Assembly: GCF_001194135.2 (NCBI RefSeq)
Contig: NC_068988.1
Location: forward strand, 83,702,317-83,766,316
Origin: Octopus bimaculoides
Taxonomy: Eukaryota
DNA length: 64,000 nucleotides
Reading direction: 5' to 3'
Shown piece by piece: positions 62,231 to 64,000 of the stretch; positions within the stretch are counted from its first letter, which is position 1, and every line of letters starts with the position of its first letter. The notes under the pieces are model-generated. The model was not told the origin of the DNA. It made no database searches and was given only the letters and a program-made list of their open reading frames with translations. The position numbers and the translations under genes are program-made.

Positions 62231-63109
62231 TTTGTTTGATGAAAAAAATTTTTTTTAAGTGAATACTTGAACTGCTGTAAGACAGCAATGAGTGAACCAA
62301 TCATGAGACATGTAATTATAAGTTTTTGTTTGTATATTGTTCATATTGGTACAGGTATGGGTGTGTGGTTAAGAAGTTTACTCATCAACCACGTGTTTTT
62401 AGGTTCAGTCCTACTGCATGGCACCTTGGGTGTCTTCTACTGAAGCCACAAGCTGATCAAAGCCTTGTGAGTAGATTTGGTAAACGAAAAATATCTGGCC
62501 ATAATATTCTACCTGCTTTATGTTCAAACTGGTCAGATGTGGCCTCTCACACCAATCCTACAATATTATTTTAAAAATTAACAGTTACCTCATCAAAATC
62601 TCAAAACTACAAGATAATGTATGATTAATTCAAAACAATGTGATTAAATAAGCAATACTTTTGATAGAATAATGTGAATTCTAAAGGGCTAAAGTGCTAT
62701 GGGGTCCAGTGGGGTTGGAGGAATGTATTGTGCAGTGTGGATGTATGTTGGGTAGTCACAATAAAGCAGAAATCAGATGATCCAATAGGTGCAAAGACAG
62801 TTTATGGTCTTGTAGAATACAACATGGTATTTTGTCAGACATTCTGACAGTCCACTATCCTCACAACATAAAATAATAGTTTCTAATTTTGGCATAAGGG
62901 TAGCTATTTCAGGGTTGTGGGCAAGTTGATTACATAGATCCTATCACTCAACTGGTACTTGTTTTATTAACCCTGAAAGGATGAAAGGTAAAATTAACCT
63001 CGGCAGAATTTGAACTCAGAATGTAAAGATGGATGAAATGCTGCTAAACATTTTGTCCAGATTGCTAACAATTCTGCTAGCTCAGGATACATAAAATATA
63101 ATAACTTTC

Positions 63110-63390
63110 TTCATTCAACATCTGTGGAGGTTGAATTTGGAGTTGAGAAAGAGATCAACAATGTTCAGAGTGTGTCTGTCAGTTTGGGATATGTGAAATG
63201 GATGAAATGAGTTGATGATGAAAGTTGAGGATAGCAAAAAGTTCGGTGGCATCAGTGTTGAATGAGGGCCAAGAAGTCATTGAGGATGATGAATTCATAA
63301 AGGGATGAAGTGAGATATGTCCTCAATTCAGGAGGACACATGGTCAAAGAGTTGTTGGTAATTTGAGGAATTTGGAGGATAGTAGAAGCA
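63110..63390 (-). mobile_element. LINE APE-endonuclease fragment
   Basis: Decayed frames resembling PT..HTLNIVDLFLNS. Confidence 0.4.
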
Positions 63391-64000
63391 AAATTATTAT
63401 CTTGTATTTTTTTTTCAATGATTTATATCTATTTTTATCTGGGTAGGTTGAATTTATTTGATTTTGAACTTAATGATATTACAGTTAACCAACTGCTTTC
63501 CTAGTAAGATTTCCCAGTATAGGTTGTATGCCATACGGAGTCAAGAGTACATATAATAAGGAACTTTTTCATCATTTAGACAAACAGGAACTCTAAATAA
63601 AAAGCAGATGGTCTGTATCTGCAATAATCATTTTCTAAAATTCAGAAATTTGGATATGTTTGAATACTGTGGGAAGATAAGAAACTTGATAGTTCAAGTA
63701 AAGTCAGTAAAATAAATACCTTAAAAGGTTAATAGTAGCATAGAAGATAAACATTAAAAAAATGGCTTTGCTTAATGTACTCTTGTCTTTCCAAGATTGA
63801 ACAAGCTTATCTAAATTTGTGAATCTTATCAAATGACTTTTACTAATACAGACCACTTCAGTTTCTATGTATCTCATCCATTCACAAGGTAACGGTCAGC
63901 TTAGAGCTTTAGCTGAAGACACTTGCCCAAAGCATCACACAGTGGACTGTATCTGAAATCAATGTTTTTGGGAAACAAATTTAGCCACAAAACTACACCT

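Overview
AT-rich, microsatellite- and transposon-dense animal genomic DNA with 7 assembly gaps. The SINE, RTE, Dong/R4, Penelope and mariner repertoire looks like an octopod cephalopod; that assignment is inference from recognised repeat families. One clear protein-coding gene is present: NF-YC (CCAAT-binding factor subunit gamma) on the minus strand, CDS 45259 to 23153. Seven exons are confidently placed. An eighth, a long polyQ exon, runs into an N gap. Two small extra exons (48 nt and 41 nt) are needed to keep the reading frame. A probable non-coding first exon and a CpG-rich promoter carrying a cluster of six CCAAT boxes lie at about 55.4-55.8 kb. A second CpG-rich, promoter-like zone at about 9.3-11.3 kb has minus-strand splice sites but no recognisable ORF. 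Most notable accessory elements: (1) a TSD-flanked inverted-repeat insertion whose arm joins a tRNA-like Pol III promoter to a Penelope-type hammerhead ribozyme (26.9-27.7 kb); (2) a near full-length decayed CRE-clade retrotransposon with a 29-aa repeat, interrupted by a young 8-bp-TSD MITE carrying head-to-head telomeric repeats; (3) stacked Dong/R4 3' ends in (TAA)n arrays; (4) several inverted LINE/SINE pairs and foldbacks inside the NF-YC pre-mRNA. All alignments and counts were done by eye. No database searches were run.
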